Positions 11,626 through 23,570 of a stretch of DNA of 62,382 nucleotides are shown here, piece by piece (the stretch's first letter is position 1; each line of letters begins with the position of its first letter). The notes below the pieces were generated by a model. That model was not told the origin of the DNA. It did no database searches and worked only from the letters and a program-made list of their open reading frames with translations. Made by a program: the position numbers and the translations under genes. Source of the DNA: Octopus bimaculoides (Eukaryota). The stretch is from contig NC_068998.1 of assembly GCF_001194135.2 (NCBI RefSeq), forward strand, positions 50,346,133 through 50,408,514. Direction: 5' to 3'.

Positions 11626-12179
11626 TTTCTACACCCCAATGAGCTGATATTAAAATAACAGCTTCACGAATTAAGTCGTCTGCAGCTTTATCTGAACACT
11701 ATTCACAGAATAAATACCGGATCAAATTTTGTGACCCCACGACATATTTAGAAGTATGCTCATTTACACTTTACAAAAACTCATCAGCTTCGAACAATTT
11801 TTCGTTAGTGAGGCAAACAAGAATAGCCAGAACAGCCAGACATTTAATGCTATTAACAATTTGCAGTAATGCTTTAGTCCGTTCACATCAAACGCCGACA
11901 CTTTCATGTTAATGATTTTTAAGCTTTGTATGTGCGTTTGAATATGTGAGTGTTTCGCGTGGAATGGCGAAATGATGATGCTGTTTACATGGGAAAAAAA
12001 CTTCAAAGGCAAAGAAGCAATATGAAAAAAATTACATAATGTTATCAATCCAACGTAGCAACGATTTTCCTTATGAGATGTCTGCTGAATTTCGTTAATA
12101 TCAATTAGAGGGAGAAAGAGAGAGAAAGAGCGAAAGGGGAGAGCGAGAGAGTGAGAGTAGAGAAAGTCAGTCGGATGGA

Positions 12180-12180
<1 letters not shown>

Positions 12181-12258
<78 letters not shown>

Positions 12259-12430
12259 CGTGTGTATGTGTATGTTTGTTTACAGATATCCACTCACACA
12301 CACGTCTATATATGTGTGTGTGTGTGTTTCTGTGAGTGCGAGTGCAGATATCTATATTTAGATAGATTGATAGATACATACATACATACATACATAGAAG
12401 GATGGATCCGTACATACATAGATACATACA
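12181..12430 (+). repeat. Compound (CA)n/(TA)n/(TG)n/(CATA)n microsatellite block
   Basis: Direct reading. Confidence 0.9.
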
Positions 12431-12452
12431 TACACGTTCATGAGTTAAGAGA

Positions 12453-12516
12453 ATAATCTTTTGTACTCTAGGCACAAGGCCCGAAATTTTCGTGGAGGGG
12501 GGGGGGGCAGTCGATT
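12453..12516 (-). mobile_element. SINE family A, 3' end only
   Basis: AATAATCTTTTGTACTCTAGGCACAAGGCCCGAAATTTT...GGGG...CAGTCGATT. Confidence 0.75.
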
Positions 12517-13699
12517 GCGAAATCTGCAGTTACTCTATCTACATTAAAAGTAAGATTTATGCCTATGATTAGTGGGGTCCTGGGGTATGTAAGACACTGC
12601 CTAGATACCAATCGTGAGAAATTAGGCTTCTCAAAACTAGAACGGAGAAAGCAAATTCTAAGACAACAGATCTAATCTATCACTGGACCTGTAAAAATCT
12701 GTAAAACTTTCCAGAAGTTTTGCATTTAAATATATATGAGCATAACTAGATATGCAATTATATGTAAAAGAATACATGCATAAAACATACATACATATAT
12801 ACATACATACTTTGTGGTTGATGTTCAAATTTCAATGACGAAATCTTGGATCTAGGTTAGAAACCGGCTGTTTCTCTATTGGCAAGTACTCTTCAAATGA
12901 AACTTAACAGTGGCATACATACATACATACATACATACATACATACATGCATACATAGCACGGATATACATCCATGCCAATACTTAATCTCCACCGCTCT
13001 TTTTCAATTCGTCTTCCTCTCGTACCTATTTTTCTTTCTGTCTTCCTTACCTCCAAGTGTATATCTATACAGTTTAGAAATTCTATTGCATACTTACACA
13101 ATAGAAATATGCAAATTCGTTTTACGTTTGGCAAATTGCCAACATTGTTTATTCTATACATTATAATTGGAATAATGATTATCGTATACCTTTAAAAAAA
13201 AAGAATGAAAAACATAAACAAAATTAACAAAAAGAGAAAGTGCAACGGTAAATATATTAACGCAGGCTTTAAGAAATATTCTATTTAAACACTTGAGGAG
13301 AACAAATATTGAATATTAACAATCAGTTCATTGTAACAGCTGTATTGAAAGAAATATTCACTCTAGGAATAATAGACAAACAGAAAAATGTATTCAAACC
13401 CATTTTCTGCAGTAAAGATTTTATTGAAAATTAAATTTTGCATTTATTTTCTTTTTGGTTGGTTCATTTATTTTTTTCGTATTTGCCTTGTGAATTTCAC
13501 TCTTTTTTCTTCCATTTTTTGTATTGAATTTCTTTGTTTTCATCATTTTTGTATTTCAGGGAAATTTAGCGAGGACGTGAGAGTGTCATACAAAAGGTTT
13601 CTAACTTCTTAGATACCAATATTTAGCACTGCCTCGATCTTTCTGCTTACTCAGCTCTGCAGGTTTATATAACTATAAATTGAGCTTATTAAGTATTAT

Positions 13700-13857
13700 A
13701 AATATTCTGCAGCGATGGTTGTGTCTTTAGGAAACTACGTTGAGATCGAAGCGATGTCACGTTCTATCCTTGTGAGGGTGCTTTCCGTAAGCCTGTCAGT
13801 TCTTTTATAGGTTATAGATGTTTCTGGTTGCTAAAACGTACGCACTGGCCCCTCGTA
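13700..13857 (+). mobile_element. Mariner 3'-terminal fragment with right TIR and TA
   Basis: LQRW/VSLGNYVE resembles the mariner C-terminus RWxKCVxxxGxYVE. It ends GGCCCCTCG-TA, sharing the CCTCG-TA terminus with the right TIR at 39113-39130. Confidence 0.55.
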
Positions 13858-15979
13858 TGTACAGAAACACAACGAATGTGTAAAAACAAAATCGGACGTA
13901 CACTCTATTTTGTTTCAGAGGCAAAAACGAAATAGTGTCAGGTCTTAGCATTGTATTTTCCAATCCTTTACTTTTCGTTTCTTGAAGTTATGATACGGTG
14001 GATATTACTAACAAATCAAGCAGCTACGTGGATCAACGACGGAGATCCACAAACTCCATATGTACGGAGCACTTTTTGTTTGCAGCTCAAACTTATCATC
14101 AAGGCATACACAAACATATGTACAGTCACAAACAAACACACGCACATAATACCTAATGCTTGTCGGAATATGTGCATGAAAACGCACAGATCATGCTACA
14201 ATCTGTATTTAACAGTCTATTGTGTTTTAAAACATAGTTTCACTAGGAGAGATGTTTAATAGTGATTTTTTTTTCTACTTTTATTTAAACATTATTTTCG
14301 TAATGTTTCAAATTTTAACTAGAAAGAATAGATTTTTTTTTTATATAATTACAAATGCTTCAAATTAATTTAATTAATACATGTTAACATTTGCTTCCAT
14401 TCAGCTCCGACAATAAAATTAGGTTGCTAGCTCACGTATGCAGATGACTATTATACTGTCTTGTAGGTTTTGTATAATTAGTAATTAGTTTGTACATCGT
14501 ACTAATTAAATTCATGCAGCAATATTTTGACACATCAAAACTAATTGTATTCTCCTACATACAATTGCTGTTTCCAGAGGTGCGTTTTCGATGATATCTC
14601 GTTTCTTCCAGTTTTATAATAGCGATATTTTGATAAACTTAGAGCAAAATTATACAATATGCATTACACCGACGCTCCACCACACTCATTTATTTTCTTA
14701 TAAAATCATTGTTATCTTGTGTATTTAACTTACAGTTAATCAAAAACACTCGCCACCGCTGCTTGCCGAAAAAATATGTATTTAACTGGCTTAGGTATTC
14801 AAATATCTATGGACGAAGAGTAGGAGAAAGAATGATAAATGTGAAGGAGACTCGAAGAGCTGATTTAATCTAATTACGTTAGTGGTTATTTAGCATATAT
14901 TATGGATATTTCAACAGTATACCCGACAGCATTTCATTGAAGTGAAAAAATCAATATTCTCAAGTCAAAATTAATTTTTCTCTCAGTGTTGAACGTGTAA
15001 AGAGCGTAAAGACTTTTCAAGTGAAAATAAAAATGATGGATTCCATGTTATAACTGTTTTAATTGATCATTCAAGTTTAACACACTATATTCTCTGTTAT
15101 TTTCCCTTATAGCTTTCAGACATGAACATGTTATCTGCAAATATATACAATCTGTAAAAAGTTTTAAAGAATAGTTATGCAAGTCGATTTGGAATGGCTT
15201 TAATTAGGCAAAATATTTTAGAGAATGCATAGTATATGGTTGATATTTAGAAGGGAACACAAATACCTTAGCAAGTATTAAAATGTCCGTGTACTAACAA
15301 AGAGGTAGCGTATATCTATCGGCTGTTTCGAGCCAAAAGCGTAGATATTAATCTCCAATTGTCCGAGTTCTTCCACCTGAGTTTTATGTAATGGCACACT
15401 TCTCTATTATAGTAAATGGGACAATGAAGGGCATATACATAACTTCAAGCGGAGGTAGAGATAATAAGAAAATATAACTCAAATCAGGTCCTTCCATCTT
15501 GGAAAAGAAGAACACAATGCGCCATGTAGTACAATATATGCGATGCCTGAAATGATGATAGGATAGCCAAGATCGGAATACTTGATGTACAGACCTGCTT
15601 TCTAAGAATGGTTTCTGCGTAAAGAAGTATACAATGAGATCGGTATAAAATAAATGCTTCTAAGTAATAGGTAATTAAACAATTAAATATGAACAACATA
15701 GAATGGCGAAATAGTATAAACATTTCTTGTGCAGGCTCAAATCTAAAAATGGCGAGGAAAATGCAATTAATGATTTCAACACGAGGGAACGGCGAGCGTC
15801 AAAGACGACCTCGACAGGATTTAAACTGAGCCTAAAGTAGTAGTCAGTCCCCTGAACATTATTCTCTGGAGTCCTAGGACTCATTTGACTGCCTACCCAA
15901 GCTCCCATGGCTTATAAGTGACCGAGATCACAACATTGCTCCTCAACCGTACATCAGTCCGTTGCATGTTCTCTCATAT

Positions 15980-16075
15980 ACAACAGGGCGGACTGCAGCA
16001 ATGTGAAAAAGAACACAACGCCCAACCCACTCCAGGAATCGAAACCATGATCTTGAAACCTTCTCACCACGCATC
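15980..16075 (-). mobile_element. tRNA-derived SINE family E (same family as 28443), 5' fragment
   Basis: GCAATGTGAAA...AACACAACG...CCAGGAATCGAAACC is the reverse of the B-box and TGTGTTCTTGAGCAA core region. Confidence 0.65.
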
Positions 16076-17697
16076 TTCTTTAAGAACATTATCAGCGGTA
16101 ACTAAATGCTGCATCAGATTTTGTTTGATATTCTACAGATGCAGCCAATTCACCATCCTTAAGTCCTTGACTTAATTTCTCCCAGCCTACCGCCTTCACA
16201 TGTATCAATATTGATTAGTAATTTTACGTATGCAACAGTACTGCGTTAGTAATCGATTCCACTATGACGTGATATCTGCGATGAAGATACACTATACTTA
16301 GAATGTTATCAGACAGTAATGAATTTAGTGAATATTAAAAAGAATGAGAAGAATATCATAAAAATAACAATGAAATTTATTTCAACGTGTGGGGATAAAA
16401 TTTCTCAGAAGCTGGTCTGTAATCATAAATCGAATACCTGGAAATAATTTTCTGTAATAAAAATATGCATGGGCGATGTTTTATTATTTTATTATTTTTT
16501 TGTCTGTTATATATTTTTAAATTGTAATTCCAGAAATTATAATCCTGCTCTTTTAATTGTTGTAGGGTTGTACGGCTTAGTCACAAAAGGAATATAAGAA
16601 TTTACTTTTTTTCCATTTTTTGGAGGTTTTATGCAGAACCCCCGATCCTAGGGGGAAGCATGTACAAGTTAATACTCAGACAGGCTGGTTTTGCTAGAGA
16701 ATAGACTCCATTAAATACACGGATAGGCCCCATTAAATACATGGATGTAAAAATCTAATTACGGATTATGACTCACTCAAACACAAGCATGGCATTCGAC
16801 ATCGCTTCTTGTCCACTAAATTCTGCGCAAAATGTTTTTATTCCACGAAATGGTGGAAAACGTCTGCCTAAGATATCACGAAATAAACCACGAATCTCAT
16901 AGTAGCGAAGCATACTTCTGAAGCACATGGCATTATACGCTCTCGTTAACAGAAACACTTCCTTATTTTTAACTCTTTAGTTAAAAAAACTCAAGAAAAT
17001 GATTACCGCTTTAATTTCATTACCGTAAAAATATTCTACTTTCAAATTAAAAGCTAAAACAAAAACTCATGTGATTTAGAATAGCAGCAATTCTTTTCTA
17101 ATTCCAGAACACTAATTATTTGAAGACATGAACTTCTGAAGGCAATTTAAAAGCATCCCACTAAAATAAATAAAATAGTTTCCATTAACACACGGAAAGA
17201 AAAAAAGATATATATTAAACATTTATTAAGTTTCAGTTCCGATTCTTTCCCTTAAAATCCAGGAGCATTACAAAATTATCAACTTTGTTTGTTAGAAAGG
17301 CGAAAAAGTCAAGAAGTTAGTTAAAGATTGCAATTTTAACTTCTTATGAAATAACACTTCTTGCTAATGTTATGACATTTTGTTTCTTAAGCAAAAGTAA
17401 AATAGTTTCAGTTCTTGACACGCAGTGTTCAAATCTTGTCAGGTTCAAATTTGTCTTTTCTTTTTTAATTTATTTACTTACTTATTTATTTTGGTGGGTG
17501 GGGCACTCTAAAATACCTGATAATTATAACTGATTATGACTGTTGATGAGAGAGAAAGAGAGAAAGAAAGAAAGAAAGAAAGAAAGAAAAATAGATAGAT
17601 AGACAGATAGCCATGTATGTATGTGTGTGTATGCATGTATGTATATATCGGTAATAATGAGTGTATACGCGTTATTATGTTTGTTAACTTTATTCAA

Positions 17698-17730
17698 CAG
17701 CCATATCGCGGTTCACCTATCGCGGTGTAT
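17698..17730 (+). mobile_element. pogo/Tigger-like terminal fragment
   Basis: CCATATCGCGGTTCACCTATCGCGGT, with an internally repeated TATCGCGGT typical of pogo-type ends; recognised from recall only. Confidence 0.4.
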
Positions 17731-19092
17731 TATTTAAGCTTATGCTGATTCCTCTTTGGTGTTATTCTGCATTTATAATAAAATAAATATAAGGCAAGAC
17801 TTGATCTCATAACGTGAGTTGCTGGATAATACTGAACGCTATGTCGTCCAAAGCTCTAACCTCTCTACTAGGTTGCCACACATTGAATGCATAAATACAC
17901 AAATATATACAATGTAAAGTTCTCTTTCGTTATCAAATATTTCCATTTGATTAAGTAATATTACCAGACTTCCTTTTTTATGTGTTGTTATTATTGTTGT
18001 TGTTGTAGCTGCTCTTGTTCTTTATGTTCTTCATTTAAATGCGTTAGTTGCTGTATCTATTTTTTTAATCTTTTTTTTTTCGAATATCGCCTGTAAGCTA
18101 AAAATCAAAGAAACAAAGTATTGAAATAACAGATCGATACATTGCTTTTTGATTCTTTATTCTATTTTTTTAAATTTTTATATTTCTTTGTCTATTATTT
18201 ATTCAGCTGAACGCGAGAGAGATTTGTTTTCGCGATAACAACTTTTAATCTGAGAATTTTGATCTATTAAGTTGCGTGTTAATTTCACAAAATGAAAACA
18301 AAAGTAACAAACATGCCTGCTAGTTTGAATTACAGATTAGTGCGCAGTTGTTGCAGATGTCACTCTAACTGCAGCTATTCATCAAGAAGTCAAACTTGCC
18401 GAGCAAACGTTTAATTAGAGATGATGTAAACATGACGTAATCTATATCTTCTCTATTTTGATTTATCTTAACCAACGTTTTCTCCTTTTTTAAAAACAAA
18501 AACATCAGCTGCGTATTATTTGAAAAGGATTTGCAGTCTACTTCTAGCAGAGTCAGCAACTAAGTGGAGACATTCTATAGTGAGACATTCTAACCAGTAG
18601 CCTAAATTTACTACCAGTACTCTAACTTAAAAAACACTTACTGTAACCGATATGAACCAGAGGGTCCTTTTGTAGGTGTATGGTAAAGATACTTTTTTTT
18701 CAAATACCTGTGTTGAGAAAAGAGGAATCTATTGGATAATGAAGGATTAGATATGCATTGTCGCACATAAAGTCGAGCAGGTCATCTATTCTTTTAATCT
18801 AAGAATCTGCAACCGATTCTACATAATCCTGCTCCATACTCTCCTTCTCACGCCACTACTCTCTAGCCACCAATATATTGCGTAGTGTTTTCTCTATATC
18901 GAACAGTTTTAAAATATCGTATAGACGTTGGCTAACTTTTGATATGAAGTAATTCTTTTAATAATATTTTGAGGTCTTCCTCAAGAAAAAATATTGTTCA
19001 ATTTAGCGATAATATATATTTAATATGAAGCAGAGTAGAATGTAAATAAGATATAATTACGCAATGGAGAAAGTGTTAATATAAGTTTTTCA

Positions 19093-19605
19093 CATATACA
19101 TCAGACATATGTAAGTTGAATGAAAACAAGGGGAAACTGTTCTAAAAGCTAATACACAAACATATTACAAGAACGTTATTTTTAGGAAGGAATTTCAAGT
19201 ATATATGGTCGGACTGAAGTTAAAGGGGAGAACATTTATTTGAAAGTTTCCAAGTTTCAAAAGTTACGAATGCTGTGTGCATACGTAAGAATCAGTATTT
19301 TATTGTGGCACATAGTATTTCAGTTTCGTAACATTATAAGTCCTTCATATGTACATCCGACATGTGTAGGTTCAACGAAGGCACTCAGAAAGTGTTCTAG
19401 AAGCTAATACGCAAATATATTCCAAAGAGGTTATATTTACAAACGTATTACATGTATAAATTCTTGGCCTGAAGTTAAAGTCGAGAACATTTATTTGGAA
19501 GAGCTTGCCAAGTTTCAAAAGATACGTATGCCATATGCTATGGATAAGTAGATGATTAGTACTTTATTGTGTCAGACAGCATCACAGGTTCGGAACATGA
19601 GATAC
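19093..19605. repeat. Diverged tandem duplication, about 255-bp unit x2
   Basis: TGTTCTA-AAGCTAATAC at 19138 and 19393; CTGAAGTTAAAG--GAGAACATTTATTTG and CCAAGTTTCAAAAG present in both units. Confidence 0.9.
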
Positions 19606-20163
19606 CATAAATTATTTTAACGAGCAGAGATAAAATATCCCAAACTCCTTTTCGCTACATATACACATGCGCGCACATATACATACATACATACATACAT
19701 AAATACACATAAGCACACACTGACACACACACGCACGCACAACCACACACACACAAACACACATGCATACGCATACACATACACGAACGGCAAAGGAAAA
19801 GAACATAACATTCATTCACATTAAAATATATTACGTTTTATATATACATATATATTTTATACCTCTATCTTTGAATACACTCACACCCACACCCACACAT
19901 ACATACACGCACACATACACACACACACACATATATAAACTTCTGTTGTATTTAGGATAAAGAAAAAAGTACTCCATAGTGAATGTGTGTGTTTATGTGT
20001 ATGCGTGCGTGTGTCTTCGTTGGTAATTGTCTTAAGCGGTTTAATCCATGCAATAAAGCACGTATCCAGTATTGTGTTGCACTGTTGGATTTGCAATTTA
20101 ATAGAGAAAGTACTATTACATAGCCATTATTCGAAACGTGAAATGTTTCACCCAGCATAAATC

Positions 20164-20659
20164 TGACGTCAATTTATGATCAACCAATCAGAAATTTGTA
20201 TCCTTTATCCAATTTTCATACGATTACCCATTTTCCCATTAATAATGACGCTGATTAATAAATTGATGCACAAAATCTGGATATGCAAATAATTAAATGC
20301 GCTAAAATTGCGATTCATTGTATTAAATACACTTAAATTTTTTTTGAAACCACCATTAACTTTCCATTTATATAATTCCTTCTCTCTCTCTCTTTCTCTC
20401 TCTCTCTCTATCTCTCTCTCTCACTCTCTATCTATCTATCCCTATCTGCCTATCTATTCCTCTTTATATATATATATACATAAACACTGTAACATAATTT
20501 ATATCTTCCTATTTTAAGAAGACCTTCATGTATCGGTAAACATTGTGCGGCGATATATAATATAGAGATAGAGACGTCAGAAAAAGCCTCTCAATGCTCT
20601 GAAAACAGTATAAATCTGTAACACGTGACATGGACACGTGATATGGACACGTGATATGG
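20164..20659. promoter_or_regulatory. Candidate cis-regulatory module (CRE, CCAAT, octamer, triple E-box)
   Basis: TGACGTCA 20164-20171, CCAATCAG 20184-20191, ATGCAAAT 20283-20290, TATAAA about 20609, CACGTG at 20622, 20635 and 20648. Motif matches only, no functional evidence. Confidence 0.3.
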
Positions 20660-22024
20660 GTGCTGCAACGTAACGTATAAAGCCTTGGACAGTAGGGACA
20701 CTGAAGGCGTATTGAATGCATCAACGTACATAAATTCGCCCCACATCTTAGTTCAAAACCTTAAGCTCAATTCAAAGGACAATGTGAACCTACTACATGG
20801 AGATATTTGCTGCTGAAAGTCCATATGTGTGACAGCATAATCCGGCTCCTAGCTATATCACGGGAAAAAAGGGTCAACAGTTCTTGGTGAAAAACTTTTG
20901 CGTCGTCAACAGGTTCAATTTCGGAACTCCTAATTTCCACAACTCTAATCTCAATGACTCCTCGATGTAATGAGCGGTTAAAATACACACCAACTGCTCC
21001 CGCTGCAACACCGACCGCCGTGCATGTAACCCAAACCTCAAGCTGGCGCCCAAACCAAAAAGGTACTCTAAGTGACTTCCAAGGACACAGTGAAGACTGC
21101 TTGCCCCTGATTCTGGAACTGTTTTGTCTCGTGGTGGAAGCTAAGGGCAGAGATTAACTCGCAACCTTAATCTAATTGGTGATTTTGGCACGTTTTGAAA
21201 TCACTATTTTCGTGGTGTGATGTGAAATTGCGTCTTCTTTTTCCTATAAGTGAACTCTCATGTTTATCCCCGCCAGCCTATATATATATGTACTCACCTT
21301 TTACACTTCTTTTTATGTTTGTGTGTTTGTCTCAGATCATAGATTACTATGTGTATGTCTTGTTCTCATTCTTATGTATCACATAGCGTATTGAAATTAA
21401 ATTCCACCATCTTAAAATAAAACAACATTTCCGTTTCTAAACTTTGATTACATTTCATGAACTCAGTGCAATTCAGATGTCAGTGTATCTTGTGAATATA
21501 TGCGCAGTTTCAGAGTAATTAAAAAGTAAATATTTTACAACTTCTGTCTCGGTGGAATTTTAGGACTCCAGTCATGTGTAAAACGATGAATATTGGTGCG
21601 TAAGGCGGTTTTAGTGAAGGTTTACTCATGTGTATATGGCTCGGTTAATTAGTTTGTGTACCAAGTGACATTCGACAAAATTAGTTGTACAAATGTTTGC
21701 GCTTGAAGCACTTTATACTCTGTATACTATTAAATTTAGGAAATCTCAGAAATCGATTCTTTTGATATATTTTTACTTTGTTTAAGTTTATGTATAATTT
21801 AGTTGAAAGCCAATGAAATCTACCTAACCTGAAAGTAAAATTATATTTACGGTAAGTGGTAGGCGAGTTTAAATACATATTGTGTCCTTTTAGTGTAGGT
21901 GTAGTATATCGGTGACGCAATATATCGATGACGCAATCTCGAACATCAAAGATCAAGATATATCGGTTCGTATCTCGCAGTTCTCTATGGTAGGAATACG
22001 GGGACGCTATACGAACATGGTGCA

Positions 22025-22312
22025 AAGCACTTCCACAATATCTGTCTCAAAATTCTAGGTATTAAATGGCACGAGAAAATCTGGCGACACTCAGGAATCT
22101 AACCATGCTAGTCTGCTCTTGTTGTGGTAACGGCTTTACTGGACAGGTCATGTGGTTTGCATGCCATCTGTTCCCAAAGAAACTATTACAATAAGGCAAA
22201 TTCCAACAAGGAAAACACTTTTAGGGAGCCCAGTGCTTGAAAGACACATCAAAAAGCTTTTTCAACGAGCTTCTGCATCAGTCATATCACGTTGGGACAG
22301 ACAGCTCAGACA
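22025..22312 (+). mobile_element. RTE-clade LINE ORF C-terminal fragment
   Basis: HFHNICLKILGIKWHEKI...RLYWTGHVVCMP-VPK, matching the RTE motifs LRxILGIxWxDKI and RLRWxGHVxRM. Confidence 0.85.
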
Positions 22313-22529
22313 AACTATTTATCTATCTACCTAATCTTACTTATTACATTTCTAAACCTCTTCTCTGATACAGGATCCTGTTTGATCATTTTTTTCCCCG
22401 ATCCGTTTTGATCGGAATTTTACTTTATTTTTCTTATTTTTCCCCCTTTTTTTTCATTTTGGAAAGGAAAAGCCCTACATTTGTATTTGTCCCCTCTATG
22501 TTCAGCCCTGTGTGGCCATTACAGAAAGT

Positions 22530-22543
22530 TATCTATCTACTTG

Positions 22544-22607
<64 letters not shown>

Positions 22608-22623
22608 CCTGTCTGTCCACCTT

Positions 22624-22686
<63 letters not shown>

Positions 22687-22690
22687 CTTT
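22530..22690 (+). repeat. (TATC)n microsatellite, interrupted
   Basis: Direct reading. Confidence 0.95.
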
Positions 22691-23321
22691 ATCTTACCCA
22701 TCGATGTGTCAATCAATTTCTCTATTACCTCCATTCATGCCCGTCTTTCAGTGTATATTTATATTCATTTTCCTTTTTCCAATTTCAATAGCTTCATCTG
22801 AAGCAGCTAGCTCTACCACCACCACTACCACACTACACCCTCACCCCTTACCATCACCCCTTTGCACCCTCCACCACCGTACTACCACCACCACTAACAC
22901 TCTAGCACGATCATATATTCGTTAACTAAACATTAACACTTCATTAAACATTATCTTTTCAAATAAAGCCCCTTTGAACGAATTCTCCCATTCTTTTCAC
23001 ATACACAACACATTATTTTAGCTACTACATATTTTAAACAGCTTAATAATATTTGCATAAAGTAATAAAACCGTAAATGTTGTTTTAATGAAGCCTTGTA
23101 AAGTTTATGTAAATAACACGCAATAAATTTCCTTCTTCAACCGATTTATAATTGCAGTGAAATTACAATATATAAATATTGTTTCCTCATATAAAATATT
23201 GTGTAATATTAAGAAAGAGCATCAAAAGCAGCATACAGTGTGGTTTATTGCAATTTTATAGTTTAGTTATTGATTTATTTTTATTTTTATTTTTATTTTT
23301 ATTTTTATTTTTATTTTAATG

Positions 23322-23570
23322 AAGGATTGTAGCCTGATAGTGAACCTGTTGGACTGACAATAACAAAAAAAACACGTTGATTCCTGGAGTAGGTAGTTCG
23401 TGTGCCTTTGAAAAAGGCACTTTAGTTGATATTTCTCCATGTTTCTGTTCGGAAAATGAGCACATGCAGGGTGTAGGTACAGCCTACCTATGGCGTAGCT
23501 AGATATGGAAGCAGGAGCCCGATCTCTCACACACCCAGCCCGGCAACGATTTCATGGTCTCTTTAAGAAG
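23322..23570 (+). mobile_element. tRNA-derived SINE, related to family E, old copy
   Basis: A-box-like TGTAGCCTGATAGT, B-box-like GTTGATTCCTGG, core TGTGCCTTTGAAAAAGGCACTT; preceded by (ATTTTT)n at 23275-23318. Confidence 0.6.

Noticed and set aside
13731-13786. Apparent host exon GNYVEIEAMSRSILVRVLS
   Set aside because: Better explained as the C-terminus of a mariner relic ending in a TIR at 13855.
21299-21410. Minus-strand donor AAAG|gtgagt with upstream ttttaag acceptor
   Set aside because: All three frames contain stops; at most a non-coding exon, with no further support.
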